The notes under the pieces were generated by a model that saw only the letters and a program-made list of their open reading frames with translations, did no database searches and had not been told where the DNA came from. The position numbers and the translations under genes are program-made. This document shows positions 17,621 to 27,838 of a stretch of DNA of 63,483 nucleotides, in pieces (within the stretch, counting starts at the first letter, position 1; every line of letters begins with the position of its first letter). Source of the stretch: an uncultured Porphyromonas sp. (lineage in GTDB: Bacteria; Bacteroidota; Bacteroidia; Bacteroidales; Porphyromonadaceae); the NCBI GenBank assembly GCA_900546675.1, contig URDQ01000001.1:1-63483 (forward strand). Reading direction: 5' to 3'.

Positions 17621-19288
17621 CTACGAGAGGGCGACCCGAATGGCAGAGAGCCGCATCAATAGCTCGGGTAGGTCGCTGAGGTTGTGTCGCTCAGCGTTGA
17701 GCTGTAGGAGCTGATCTCGTAGTGTGGGAGAGATGCGCTGCATAGCTGGGGAGATGTAGAGTAGCATGGGCACCTGCCCTCTAGTGTCGGGAGCGACTGG
17801 ACCGCTGGAGTAGGGGTGCCACTCACTATACACACCCACGGGGCTACAATAGATAAGTATCGTGGGGGTCTCCTGGTAGTGTGCGACGAGCTGCTTGAGT
17901 AGGTAGTCCTGGTAGTAGACGACGTTGTAGTATTGAGCTACGTGGTCTAGTTCATCGCCAGACAGAGCTATGTCAATGTTTGCCGATAGGCGATTGTACT
18001 TGTAAAACTCCTCGGGTATACGCCACCAGATACTGCTGCGAGCTCCCAAGAGGTGAATGGTAGTGACACGAGACAGACTCTCTAGCTGCTTGAGTTGGTT
18101 GAGGACAGCATCATCGTAGGGGATTCGGTTGGTCCACTCTTGATCGTCTGCACGTAGATTGGTAAAGAAGTGGTGGTCGCAGTCGGCTGCTAGCTGTGGG
18201 TAGACATCTAGTCCACGGGCTATGCGAGGAGTGTTGTCTAGCCAATAGGTGTCGTAGCCTGCTGTACGAAAGATACTATAGATAGAGGGGTAGGTGTCCC
18301 AGCTCTCTGGGCTATCTTTAGGGCAGAGGGAGAATGTCCAAGCAGCAGCTAGAGCCGCATTGTCAGAGGCGCTGTAGATGCTGTCGAGTCGAATGAGGGT
18401 ACCCGTCTGTAGGAGCGAGTCTATGGCTGGTGTATTCTCATTGACACTAGGGTTGTAGCAGTGCATCAGATGCGGATAGATATCTTCGGCAACGACCAGC
18501 ACGACGTTGTGTGGCGGTAGGAGCGAGTCTACGGTTACCTCTTGGGGTGTGGCTTGTCGAGGTCTATAGTCTAGAGCACAACGCTTAGCATCGTGACGCA
18601 ACATCCGACTGCTCAAGTAAAGGCGAGCGATCGGTGCATGCGCATTGTACTCTATGACTCCTGCGCTGGCGGCGATACGCGTCTGACGCAGATAGTTGAT
18701 ACCGAGTATGTGTGCGCTGACGAGAACTACTACGAAGAGGAGTGTAGAGCTGTATCGCTGGATGCGCTTGTTACAAGGGGTGGGCTGCTCTTTAGTACTC
18801 TTAGCACGACCTATGAGCCAAGAAGTACCGAGTGGTATAAAGATTGCTAGTAGTAGCTTGACCCCCTCGATGAGCATAAAGGGCATCTCTAGTCGTAGCG
18901 ACTTGAAGAAGCCGTGAGCCTCTGAGCTATTCGTCGCAAAGATAGGTGTGGCTATTGCATCGCAGTAAGGCATCTGATAGGTACTGACGAGGTAGAGATC
19001 CATAATGTGTACGGCACTAACGAGTACCAGCTCGATGATGAGAACCACCTTGCGTGTGATGCGATGGGGAATCAGAGTGGGGATAATGTAGAGCAACGTA
19101 GCCATCCAAAGGGTGTCCCACAGGAGGGGGAGATTTTCTCTAGATAGATAAGTGGTACTCCTAGAGAGCAGGCCTCTGATGACCAGGTTATTGAGCGTCA
19201 AGATCGCCAGCATCGCAATCAGTAGCCATACTAGCTGAGGAGCCCTTGCTTTGACTCCCTGGAGGTAGTGTAAGAGTGCTTTTTTCAT
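17621..19288 (-). CDS. Phosphoethanolamine-transferase (EptA/sulfatase)-like membrane protein with degenerate active site
   Basis: N-terminal TM helices and a sulfatase-fold order collinear with the upstream paralogue (HNVVLVVAED, AGYDTYW, YDDAVL, HLLG, YYNVVYYQDY, QVPMLLY). Catalytic Thr, His and DH are absent. Confidence 0.8.
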   Translation of the reverse strand: MKKALLHYLQGVKARAPQLVWLLIAMLAILTLNNLVIRGLLSRSTTYLSRENLPLLWDTLWMATLLYIIPTLIPHRITRKVVLIIELVLVSAVHIMDLYLVSTYQMPYCDAIATPIFATNSSEAHGFFKSLRLEMPFMLIEGVKLLLAIFIPLGTSWLIGRAKSTKEQPTPCNKRIQRYSSTLLFVVVLVSAHILGINYLRQTRIAASAGVIEYNAHAPIARLYLSSRMLRHDAKRCALDYRPRQATPQEVTVDSLLPPHNVVLVVAEDIYPHLMHCYNPSVNENTPAIDSLLQTGTLIRLDSIYSASDNAALAAAWTFSLCPKDSPESWDTYPSIYSIFRTAGYDTYWLDNTPRIARGLDVYPQLAADCDHHFFTNLRADDQEWTNRIPYDDAVLNQLKQLESLSRVTTIHLLGARSSIWWRIPEEFYKYNRLSANIDIALSGDELDHVAQYYNVVYYQDYLLKQLVAHYQETPTILIYCSPVGVYSEWHPYSSGPVAPDTRGQVPMLLYISPAMQRISPTLRDQLLQLNAERHNLSDLPELLMRLSAIRVALS

Positions 19289-21048
19289 AGCTGATCTGGA
19301 TGCTTAGGTGAGAAGGTTACCTCAGAGCCAAAGCCCTTGATACATCTAGGACGGGTCGCATCGTACGATAGGCTCCACAGCTGTAAGCGGGGGATGGTAT
19401 AGTTTGACTCGATGCCCATAAGCCCCATAAGTGAGGAGGTAAAGAGATCGGTCATGAAGGGTTTGTATCGAGCGCGCTGTACGGCGAGTAGGATGTCTGG
19501 ATTCTCATCTGCAAACTGATCGGACATATAGACCATGAAGGGAATCTGTAGCGATCTCTCAGAGACTGAGTGAGCTGTTTGGTGAGGTGCATCGGGATTG
19601 TCATAACGAGCCAATCCATGGTCGGAGAAGTAGATGACGATGGAGGAGCTGTGGCTGTAGTACTTGATAATCTCTGAGACGATATAGTCGTTGTAGAGGA
19701 TCGAGTTCATATACTCTGCCGAGTTTTGCGCCTCGCCTGAGCTAAGGTGAGGCTCCAAGTGCTGGAGATCTTCAGCCGTAAAGCGACCAAAGCGTTCGTG
19801 AGGGTATCTATCGGTAAAGTCTGCATGATTGCCCATTAGGTGGGTCATTACTAGTAGATGACCGCTAGACGAAGTGGTCTGTCGGTAGTCCGTTAGATGT
19901 GGGAGGAGGAGTTCATCATACTTGACTCGACCAGCTTTCCAATGAAAAGAACTCGAGGTGCTACCCTCGGTGTAGTAGGAGCTGTCTGCGGTAGAGGCTA
20001 TGAGCGACACCTCCTCAATCCAGTCACCAGCCATCTCTTGATTGCTACACCAGTAAGTTTTGTAACCAGCAGAGGAGAAAGCGATAGGTAGCGTAGTCGT
20101 GGCATCCCAAGGCGCCTGCTCATCCTCTCCTCGTATGGTGAGGACGCGTCGCAGTGAGGTGATTGTGTTGGGCTGTGGGCAGACGACATCATCGTAGAGA
20201 ACGAGTGAGCCAGCCTGAACGAGTGAGTCTAGGTGTGGCGTATTCTCTAGCGGATAACCATAGCAGTGCATATCCAAGCGACGTAAGGACTCGCCGATGA
20301 TGACCACCACATTGTGTGGCTTGCGCTGAGGTATGAGGCGAACGTTGGTCGGAACGTTTTTCCATAAGTTTTGCCCCATCTCGTCGTATCGCTTTTGATT
20401 GGCAAAAACTCCTAGCGTCGTCCCGATGTAGCGACTCATCATATTGTACTCGTGAGCGAGGGTATAAGCTTCAGTATTTGTAATACCATCGGTCACAATG
20501 CCTTTTATCTTGTAAGTATGGGGTAGCCCAAAAGCTAGAATGAGTAAAACGATGGCTTCCCAGCACCAACCCTTACGTATTAACCAGGTCACAAGGCTGA
20601 TGCCACAGAGCAACCCGATGGCCTCTAGCAGCGTGTGCATCGGCATACTCCATGGTAGTAGCGAGCGACACACATCGTCGGCCTGGGGTGTATAGTACTG
20701 CAGCAAGACCGTCTGTGTCAGGAGCGTGCCGTGCTCCGTGAGCAGATAGTACTCATATATAAATAGTACAGCCGAGAGCAGTACGATGATACTAGTCCAG
20801 GTGATGCGCCACGACCGCTGTGGCAGTATGGCGGGGAGCGTCATCAGTATCGCTGTGCTGGCGATATAGCCTCCCAGCCAAAGGAGCAGAGGCATCTCCA
20901 TACGAAGGTGCAGTATCATTAAGCTCCCCATAAGTACTTGTAGGAGTGTCAGGAAAGCAAAGAGGGTAGGCATACCACACATACGCCCCCACAACTGCTT
21001 GAGGTAGCCGCCACAGATGGAGAGAAGCCTTTTTATCTTAGAAAACAT
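19285..21048 (-). CDS. Phosphoethanolamine transferase (EptA/CptA family)
   Basis: TM N-terminus, IIGESLRR, PNTITSL, SNQE, HLMGNH, NSILYND and FSDHG. Start placed at MFSKIK. Confidence 0.9.
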   Translation of the reverse strand: MFSKIKRLLSICGGYLKQLWGRMCGMPTLFAFLTLLQVLMGSLMILHLRMEMPLLLWLGGYIASTAILMTLPAILPQRSWRITWTSIIVLLSAVLFIYEYYLLTEHGTLLTQTVLLQYYTPQADDVCRSLLPWSMPMHTLLEAIGLLCGISLVTWLIRKGWCWEAIVLLILAFGLPHTYKIKGIVTDGITNTEAYTLAHEYNMMSRYIGTTLGVFANQKRYDEMGQNLWKNVPTNVRLIPQRKPHNVVVIIGESLRRLDMHCYGYPLENTPHLDSLVQAGSLVLYDDVVCPQPNTITSLRRVLTIRGEDEQAPWDATTTLPIAFSSAGYKTYWCSNQEMAGDWIEEVSLIASTADSSYYTEGSTSSSFHWKAGRVKYDELLLPHLTDYRQTTSSSGHLLVMTHLMGNHADFTDRYPHERFGRFTAEDLQHLEPHLSSGEAQNSAEYMNSILYNDYIVSEIIKYYSHSSSIVIYFSDHGLARYDNPDAPHQTAHSVSERSLQIPFMVYMSDQFADENPDILLAVQRARYKPFMTDLFTSSLMGLMGIESNYTIPRLQLWSLSYDATRPRCIKGFGSEVTFSPKHPDQL

Positions 21049-21088
21049 CGGAATAAAAGATTGCTCGTTAACTAGAATCGTTATAAGT

Positions 21089-21616
21089 TCAGCGCAAAAG
21101 TTGGCTCCCTCCGCTCTGCGCCTTGCAGCGGTGGTATAGATTGGTACACCCCTCAGTGAGTAGATCGAGGACGAGTTCAAAGCCCGATGCTCCGCCGTAG
21201 TATGGATCGGGGATATGATCCCACGGCATCTGCTCGAGGTAGTCAGCCATACGCACGACCTTTTCTTGCTGCTCTAGCGTCGGAGCCAGTTCGCGCAGTG
21301 CCTCATAGTTGCCATCGTCCATAGCGATGATTAGGTCAAAGGTCTCAAAGTCTTCATCCCTAATCTGCCTCGCCCGATGCGTCATCTCGATGCCTCGCCG
21401 TGCTGCATGGGCGCGCATTCGCGGGTCTGCTAGCTCTCCCTGATGCCAGCCTCCTATGCCAGCCGAGTCTACCTCGATCCGAGATGAGCTAGCGGAGTCT
21501 TCGGCTAGGAGTTGCCGCATAATAGCCTCTGCGAGAGGCGAGCGACAGATGTTACCTAGACAGACGAAGAGGATGCGGTAAGGAGCCTTACAGCTAGAGT
21601 TGCTCAGTGCCATCAT
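21089..21616 (-). CDS. Low-molecular-weight protein-tyrosine phosphatase
   Basis: VCLGNICRSP P-loop and IPDPYYG. Start placed at MMALS. Confidence 0.95.
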   Translation of the reverse strand: MMALSNSSCKAPYRILFVCLGNICRSPLAEAIMRQLLAEDSASSSRIEVDSAGIGGWHQGELADPRMRAHAARRGIEMTHRARQIRDEDFETFDLIIAMDDGNYEALRELAPTLEQQEKVVRMADYLEQMPWDHIPDPYYGGASGFELVLDLLTEGCTNLYHRCKAQSGGSQLLR

Positions 21617-22343
21617 GTATGCCTTGCTGTATTGTATGGTAGACTTGCTCGCGGAGATCTTGTATCGACTGATCGGACGAGCGATAGTCACGAGGGTGAA
21701 TAGGAGGGTGTATATCTAAGTAAAGGCGACGCCAATGCGGTAAGAATGAGCCAGCACGCATCACATCGTACGAGCCTGATATGGAGACAGGAATGATGGG
21801 GATGTCTAGTTCGTCAGCTATGACGAAGCCACCTTTCTTAAAGGGTTGCATACGTCCCGTGCGGGTACGACTTCCCTCGGGAAAGATAAAGATCGAGTAG
21901 CCATCACCGAGCGAACGCTTTGCCTCATCTAACGAGTTGCGAATGTTCTGTATGCTATGTCCATTGATAAAGATAAAACCCGCCACCTCGCACGCTTTGC
22001 CCACAAAGGGGACACGTCGCAGTGACTCCTTCATCACCCACTTGAAGGGAATGCCGAGGAAGCCGTAGAGGAGGAAGATGTCGTAAGCGCCCTGGTGGTT
22101 GGCCATGACGACGTAGGGACCCGACTTCTTGTCGTAGTTCTTACGTCCCCGCACCGTGACGGGACAGAGGGATAGGATCAGTCCTAGCCACGACCAGATG
22201 AGTCCTGGGTAGTAGCTGAAGAACTTGCCAAAGCCTAGCAAGCAGCCTATCGTCATAACAACTGCCAAGACGATGGTTATCACCGCATAGATGGGGGCCG
22301 CTATTAAGACTATATATATAATGTATAGTATCCGTAGTAGCAT
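21594..22343 (-). CDS. plsC: 1-acyl-sn-glycerol-3-phosphate acyltransferase
   Basis: NHQGAYD, FPEGSRT and IIPV acyltransferase motifs. Start placed at MLLRIL. Confidence 0.88.
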   Translation of the reverse strand: MLLRILYIIYIVLIAAPIYAVITIVLAVVMTIGCLLGFGKFFSYYPGLIWSWLGLILSLCPVTVRGRKNYDKKSGPYVVMANHQGAYDIFLLYGFLGIPFKWVMKESLRRVPFVGKACEVAGFIFINGHSIQNIRNSLDEAKRSLGDGYSIFIFPEGSRTRTGRMQPFKKGGFVIADELDIPIIPVSISGSYDVMRAGSFLPHWRRLYLDIHPPIHPRDYRSSDQSIQDLREQVYHTIQQGIHDGTEQL

Positions 22344-22477
22344 AGAGGAGTAGGGGGTTGTCTCACTTACTGATTCTGTAGCACTTGTCTCTCGCTCACA
22401 AAGGTAGTGAAAAAAGCCCTTGGCGCTTACTCTCTGCTTCATCTAGTGAGCTGTAACTGCTCGCTTTGTTTGCCCTG

Positions 22478-23722
22478 CTACTTGTAGATGAGCGTGTGTC
22501 GCTGCGCTCTCGTGAGGTAGCGACCGACCGTCTCAGTGATCTCCTCAGGCGTGATAGCCTGTATGCGCTCCGCCACCTCAGCGACGCTGCTGACTCTGCC
22601 GAAGTAGAGGTAGCTCTTGAGCATCGTGATGAGCTCGCTGTCGTGCTGATCGTTGGCAAGGAGTAGCTGCCCCACGATCTGCTGCTTGCTGATCGCTAGC
22701 TGCTCCTCACTCATAGGCGTGGTGACGTAGCGGTCTAGGATGCGATGCACCGCCTCCACAGCTTCTTGTAGCGTGTCGCTTCCTGTACCCAGGTAGACGC
22801 TCCAGACGCCATCATTCAGATAAGGCGTGTAGCTTGCCTCGACACTGTATACCAGTCCTAGCTCCTCGCGCAGATGAAGGTTTAGCTGCGAGGTGATGGC
22901 GGGTCCTCCGACGAAGTTGTTGAAGAGCGTCATAGCGTAGCGCTCACGATTGTGCAGGCTCGGAGCATGCGTCCCTATGATGCAGTGACACTGATTGGTG
23001 CGGTAGTGGTGCGTCTTAGCGATGAGCCGCTCGGGTGTGGTCGTGGGCTTGACCTTTGGCACCTTAAAGGGGTCTCCCGCTACTACTCGTGGCTCGCTGT
23101 AAAGGTGTTCGATCATCTCCACCGCTTTGGCAAAGTCTATCTCGCCCCAGATGCCTAGCACCATATTGTCGGGGCGGTAGTACTGATCCATAAAGCGTCG
23201 CACGACTGTCGAGGAGATACGTCTGACCGATTGCTCGGAGCCTAGTATGTTGTGCGCTAGCGGCGTGCCACTAAAGAGTAGCTCCTCAAACTCATCATAT
23301 ATCCGCTCGCTCGGTGCATCTAGGTAGCTAGCTATCTCCTCGATGATCACCTCCTGCTCCTTGCTCAGCTCGCCGGCTGGTATGTAACTGTTGAGGACAA
23401 TGTCTGTGAGCAGATGAACGGCTCTGAGCGCATAGCGTGAGGGAATAGCGATGTGTAGGGTCGTATCCTCCTTGGTAGTGAAAGCGTTGAGGTCAGCGCC
23501 TACAGCCTCGACACGATTCACTAGGTGTAGGGCGTGTCGTCTATGCGTCCCCTTAAAGAGCATATGCTCCGTACAGTGTGCCAGTCCATAGTAAGGCTGC
23601 GGATCGTGAGCCGAGCCTGTCTGTACCATATAGCCTATATAGGTGACCTGGCTGGGGATAGGGTAGTAGACGATACGTAGCCCCTGAGCTGTGGTGTGGT
23701 ATTGTAGTTGTGGAGATATCAT
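22478..23722 (-). CDS. M16 family zinc metallopeptidase
   Basis: Inverted zinc motif HCTEH, NAFTTKE and LREELGLVY. Confidence 0.93.
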   Translation of the reverse strand: MISPQLQYHTTAQGLRIVYYPIPSQVTYIGYMVQTGSAHDPQPYYGLAHCTEHMLFKGTHRRHALHLVNRVEAVGADLNAFTTKEDTTLHIAIPSRYALRAVHLLTDIVLNSYIPAGELSKEQEVIIEEIASYLDAPSERIYDEFEELLFSGTPLAHNILGSEQSVRRISSTVVRRFMDQYYRPDNMVLGIWGEIDFAKAVEMIEHLYSEPRVVAGDPFKVPKVKPTTTPERLIAKTHHYRTNQCHCIIGTHAPSLHNRERYAMTLFNNFVGGPAITSQLNLHLREELGLVYSVEASYTPYLNDGVWSVYLGTGSDTLQEAVEAVHRILDRYVTTPMSEEQLAISKQQIVGQLLLANDQHDSELITMLKSYLYFGRVSSVAEVAERIQAITPEEITETVGRYLTRAQRHTLIYK

Positions 23723-23762
23723 GATGAAAAGCGAGAGACAGTCACATAGGCCTGTCAGCTCC

Positions 23763-23802
23763 AAAAAAGAACCCAGACCACACAAAGTCATGCAGTCTGG
23801 GT
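23763..23802 (-). terminator. Intrinsic terminator after rpsP
   Basis: ACCCAGAC / GTCTGGGT stem with an AAAAAAG tract on + (U-tract on the minus strand). Confidence 0.65.
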
Positions 23803-23881
23803 CTCATAGATGTTATGATACATAGGTACGTATCATGGTAGATACGACTCGATATGTCGTAAAGGTTGTGTAGCTGTCAGC

Positions 23882-24457
23882 TTACTCAGCAGCGGGAGCC
23901 TCTTCGGTAGCTGGTGCTTCCTCTGCGTCGGGAGCCTCCTCGGCAGCCTCTGCTTCAGCCTTTGCAGCAGCTTCGACCTCAGCCTTCTCGCGCTCGATGG
24001 CTGCCTTCTTCTCCTCTAGTGCCTTGCTACGCTCCTTGTTTTGCTCTTCCTCAGCCTCGTGCTGCTTCTGAGCTATATCCTGAGCCTTCTGCTGGTCACG
24101 CTCAGCGACTCCCTTGAGGAGCTGCTGCTTGTTTGCGAGCCATGCCTCAAAGCGCTGGTCTGCAACCTCCTGTGTGAATGCGCCCTTGGCGACACCACCA
24201 TCGAGGTGCTTCTTAAGGAGGACACCCTCACGTGAGAGGATGCGACGTACGGTGTCACTAGGCTGTGCACCGACCTTGAGCCAATAGAGAGCGCGGTCAA
24301 ACTTCAAATCTATTGTAGCAGGATTAGTGTTCGGATTATAAGAACCTATCCTCTCAATAAATTTTCCATCCCGTGGAGCCCTGCTATCAGCGATGACGAT
24401 ACGGTAGAAGGGGTAGCCACGACGACCGAATCTTTGTAGTCTGATTTTAGTTGCCAT
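23882..24457 (-). CDS. rpsP: 30S ribosomal protein S16 with Bacteroidota C-terminal extension
   Basis: [13 protein letters not shown]…[19 protein letters not shown] and an Ala/Glu-rich tail. Confidence 0.98.
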   Translation of the reverse strand: MATKIRLQRFGRRGYPFYRIVIADSRAPRDGKFIERIGSYNPNTNPATIDLKFDRALYWLKVGAQPSDTVRRILSREGVLLKKHLDGGVAKGAFTQEVADQRFEAWLANKQQLLKGVAERDQQKAQDIAQKQHEAEEEQNKERSKALEEKKAAIEREKAEVEAAAKAEAEAAEEAPDAEEAPATEEAPAAE

Positions 24458-24520
24458 TGTTGATATTGAGATTTGAATGATTTGGATGTTCGTGAGAACT
24501 TTCGTCTCATACGAACTGTG

Positions 24521-24610
24521 CAAAGGTACGCAAAAATCTTCATTCCACAATCACCTCCACAAAACGGGCGGACGCTTTTTTGCTCGTAAGGGGGCGTTGT
24601 CTTAACTTTG
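24521..24610. promoter_or_regulatory. Divergent promoters for rpsP and the methyltransferase gene
   Basis: TACCTTTG on minus (24521-24528) and TAACTTTG on plus (24603-24610). Confidence 0.65.
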
Positions 24611-24633
24611 CGCTATAAGACCATCTAGTCAAT

Positions 24634-25863
24634 ATGCTATCACAACAACAGATGGAGCAAGTAGTGGCTCTGAGTAGGCAGTGGGCCGATAGATCACCCG
24701 ATAGGATACTCTTCGAGCGGAGTGAGCTAGAACCTGAACTAAAGAGACAGGTCGCCCTACAGGTCGCTCTGCTCCCCAAGATGCAACGTAAGATGCCACG
24801 CTTTGCCAAGTGTGGCGGATATATACCACATCGAGTCAACTTCGAGCAGAGTAGTAGCGAGCTGACAGCCCGCTACAAGCAGCAACTGATAGCGCCTCAG
24901 GAGCATATCCTAGATATGACTGGTGGGCTAGGCATCGACGCTCTAGCAATGGCGTCTGTATCAGAGCTGAGCGTCATCTACGAGATAGACCCGACGATGG
25001 CAGAAGCCTTGACCTACAATCTGCACAAGATCTTACAGCAAGATCATGTTATGGTACACTGCGGGGACGCACTGGCAGCGATGGAGCGTGCTACACTCGA
25101 GGGGATCACACTCATCTACGCAGATCCGGCTCGTCGAGATATGGAGGACCCTAATCGCCGTCTCATTAGTATGGAGGAGTATAGTCCATCACCGCTACAG
25201 ATTATGATTAGGCTGCAGGAGCTGGACTATCAGGGGCGACTGCTCCTCAAGTTGTCGCCGATGCTAGATATTCAGTGGATATTAGAGCAGCTCCCGCAAG
25301 TCTGCGCAGTACATATAGTACAAGTGCAGGATGAGGTCAAGGAGCTACTGGTCTCGGTCTCTATGCAGCGACAAGAGACTGATCCAGAGATTTATCTAGC
25401 TGTCGTGGATCGCCTGGGGGAGGTGAGCCGTTGGAGCTTCCCGTACCACAGGTTGTCATCGGTTCGTACAGCTTATGCGACTAAGGTCGAGGAGTATATA
25501 CATATCCCGCAGCCACTCCTGATGAAGAGCGGTGCCTTTCACCTCATCGCTGAGGAGCAGTCGCTCACCTTACTCGGCCCCAACAGTCATATCTACACCT
25601 CAGCAAAGGCCTCTCCCAGTCCGCTCTACAAGAGCTATAAACTCATAGAGGAGATCGACTACAGCAAGTCTGTCCTTAGAGGTAAGGAGCTGCAGGCTCT
25701 CCGTCAGCGCTACCCAGCACTGACTATTATGTCACGACATTTCCCTCTGACGGCTCAGCAGCTCAAGCAGACGCTCAAGAGCGATGAGAGCGATACCTAC
25801 TATCTACTCGCCACGACTATGGGAGAGCGTGCACGTAAGCTCTTGATCCTAACCTCTTGCTAG
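24634..25863 (+). CDS. Class I SAM-dependent methyltransferase with THUMP-like C-terminus (Bacteroidota family)
   Basis: EQSSSELTARYK, LDMTGGLGID, YADPARR and LKLSPMLD motifs. Confidence 0.85.
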   Translation: MLSQQQMEQVVALSRQWADRSPDRILFERSELEPELKRQVALQVALLPKMQRKMPRFAKCGGYIPHRVNFEQSSSELTARYKQQLIAPQEHILDMTGGLGIDALAMASVSELSVIYEIDPTMAEALTYNLHKILQQDHVMVHCGDALAAMERATLEGITLIYADPARRDMEDPNRRLISMEEYSPSPLQIMIRLQELDYQGRLLLKLSPMLDIQWILEQLPQVCAVHIVQVQDEVKELLVSVSMQRQETDPEIYLAVVDRLGEVSRWSFPYHRLSSVRTAYATKVEEYIHIPQPLLMKSGAFHLIAEEQSLTLLGPNSHIYTSAKASPSPLYKSYKLIEEIDYSKSVLRGKELQALRQRYPALTIMSRHFPLTAQQLKQTLKSDESDTYYLLATTMGERARKLLILTSC

Positions 25864-25932
25864 AAAAAAGCAATCCCTCCACAAATCACTTGCAGAGGGA
25901 TCTTTACAAAGAAATGAAATCATCTTCATTGA

Positions 25933-26006
25933 TGGAGGTTCGTGGCGGATTTGAACCGCCGTACACGGTTTTGCAGACCGTTGCCTAACCACTCGGCCAA
26001 CGAACC
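25933..26006 (-). tRNA. tRNA-Cys (GCA)
   Basis: Minus strand reads GGTTCGTTGGCCGAGTGGTTAGGCAACGGTCTGCAAAACCGTGTACGGCGGTTCAAATCCGCCACGAACCTCCA, a cloverleaf with GCA anticodon, U73 and encoded CCA. TACCTTTG promoter at 26029-26036. Confidence 0.97.
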
Positions 26007-26220
26007 ATTGCTTATTTGATTGCGACTACAAAGGTACGACAATTTTTTGACAAACCAAATACTTCCATCGATTTTTAGAGCGCGAAAGTTTCATCGGGGA
26101 GAAAAAGGAGGCCTCTCTCTAGCTCATTTATAATATACAACCCTTTGATAGTCAGCTAGGAGTACTGTCCGTAAGCCGTGTGTAAGCTAAGAAATTACGA
26201 AGTCACAGCGTAGATCGAAG

Positions 26221-26252
26221 TTTGCGGGATTGGAAAGTTTGTCTTACCTTTG
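26221..26252 (+). promoter_or_regulatory. metK promoter (-33 TTTG / -7 TACCTTTG)
   Basis: TTTG at 26221-26224 and TACCTTTG at 26245-26252, with a 20-nt spacer. Confidence 0.75.
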
Positions 26253-26295
26253 CATCCACGAGACGACAAGAAGCTCCGACGAGGTCTTGGGATCG

Positions 26296-26349
26296 TAGTG
26301 GATGGATTTGATAAGCTTGCAACCACTTAGAAAAATGCTAAAAACTTAC
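26296..26349 (+). ncRNA. SAM-II riboswitch aptamer
   Basis: P1 AGUGG/CCACU, conserved GAUUUG, UUGC, A-rich linker, GCUAAAAA and pseudoknot UAAG/CUUA. Located in the metK leader. Confidence 0.85.
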
Positions 26350-26413
26350 CTCCTCACTGCTCTCTAGTAGAGATCGTAGCAGGAGGATCTTTCTAAGCAA
26401 GCATAGAGATATC

Positions 26414-26463
26414 AAAGCACCCCACGAGCTGATCCGTCAGACTGGTGGGGTGCTTTCTTGTTG
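26414..26463 (+). terminator. Leader terminator (expression platform) upstream of metK
   Basis: AAAGCACCCCA (26414-26424) / TGGGGTGCTTT (26446-26456) followed by CTTGTTG, between the aptamer and the start codon. Confidence 0.75.
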
Positions 26464-26533
26464 TAACCAGAGGCTCTAGCACTGTCCAGTAGCCTCGACT
26501 CAATATATTTTATCTCAATAGTATATCAGTAGT

Positions 26534-27823
26534 ATGAATTACTTCTTTACATCCGAGTCGGTGTCTGAAGGACATCCAGATAAGGTGGCAGACCAAATAT
26601 CCGATGCCATCGTGGATCAACTCCTAGCGGGTGATCCTAATTCGCGCGTCGCCTGTGAGACGCTTGTCACGACGGGACAAGTGGTTGTGTCAGGCGAGGT
26701 ACGTAGCAATGCTTATGTCGATCTAGATGCGACCGTGAGACGTGTCGTGGATCGTATCGGGTACAACAAGCCAGAGTATGGCTTTGATGCTCGTAGCTGT
26801 GGCATACTGAGCGCTATCCATGATCAGAGTAACGATATCAACCGTGGTGTGGATCGTTCCAACCCTGAGGAGCAGGGAGCTGGCGACCAAGGTATGATGT
26901 TTGGCTATGCTACGACCGAGACGGCCAACTATATGCCACTGCCTCTCGACCTCTCTAATGCGCTCCTCTTCGAGCTTGCAGAGATACGCAAGAAGGAGCC
27001 TGAGCTGATGCCTTACCTACGACCTGATGCCAAGAGTCAGGTGACGGTAGAGTATGATGAGCAGAACCACCCCGTGCGTATCGATACGATCGTCTTGAGT
27101 ACGCAGCACGATGAGTTCATCAAGCCAGCCAATAGCTCTTACGAGGCGCAGCATGCTGCCGACCTCAAGATGCAGGAGCAAATCACAGAGGATATACGTC
27201 GCTACCTGCTCCCTCGTGTGGAGAAGTACTACCCGCAGTATGCCGATCTCTTTGCGGTGAAGGAGTATCGACTACTGGTCAACCCCACGGGCAAGTTTGT
27301 CATAGGAGGGCCTCACGGAGATACGGGTCTCACAGGACGTAAAATCATCGTAGACACTTATGGTGGTCGTGCCTCCCATGGTGGTGGAGCCTTCTCGGGC
27401 AAGGACTGCTCTAAGGTAGACCGCTCAGGTGCTTATGCGGCTCGGCATATTGCCAAAAATATGGTCGCTGCGGGCATTTGCTCAGAGATGCTGGTACAGC
27501 TCTCTTACGCTATCGGGGTCGCAGAGCCAGTGAGCATCTATGTCCACACTTCGGGCAAGACAATCGATATGAGCGATGGCGAGATAGCGCAGCGAGTTTT
27601 GCGCATCTTTGATCTGAGACCATATGCTATCGAGCAGCGCTTTGACCTACGCAAGCCGATCTATGAGGAGACCGCAGCTTATGGTCACTTCGGACGTGAT
27701 GTGCGATGGGTCAAGAAGAGCTTCGAGACCTTCCACAGAGGTACCATAGAGATGGAGGTCGAGCTATTCCCCTGGGAGAAGCTAGACTATGTGGAGCGTA
27801 TCAGACAAGAGTTTGGACTCTAA
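26534..27823 (+). CDS. metK: S-adenosylmethionine synthetase
   Basis: [18 protein letters not shown] and GGGAFSGKD signatures. Confidence 0.98.
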   Translation: MNYFFTSESVSEGHPDKVADQISDAIVDQLLAGDPNSRVACETLVTTGQVVVSGEVRSNAYVDLDATVRRVVDRIGYNKPEYGFDARSCGILSAIHDQSNDINRGVDRSNPEEQGAGDQGMMFGYATTETANYMPLPLDLSNALLFELAEIRKKEPELMPYLRPDAKSQVTVEYDEQNHPVRIDTIVLSTQHDEFIKPANSSYEAQHAADLKMQEQITEDIRRYLLPRVEKYYPQYADLFAVKEYRLLVNPTGKFVIGGPHGDTGLTGRKIIVDTYGGRASHGGGAFSGKDCSKVDRSGAYAARHIAKNMVAAGICSEMLVQLSYAIGVAEPVSIYVHTSGKTIDMSDGEIAQRVLRIFDLRPYAIEQRFDLRKPIYEETAAYGHFGRDVRWVKKSFETFHRGTIEMEVELFPWEKLDYVERIRQEFGL

Positions 27824-27838
27824 TCGCTGCTAGGTCGT

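Noticed and set aside
20380..20590. AT-richer patch inside the pEtN transferase gene suggesting mosaic recombination
   Set aside because: Short, judged by eye only, and it coincides with a variable TM/linker region.
25933..26006. tRNA-Cys as the integration site of an island
   Set aside because: No integrase and no duplicated tRNA 3' end seen. Flanks are core genes.
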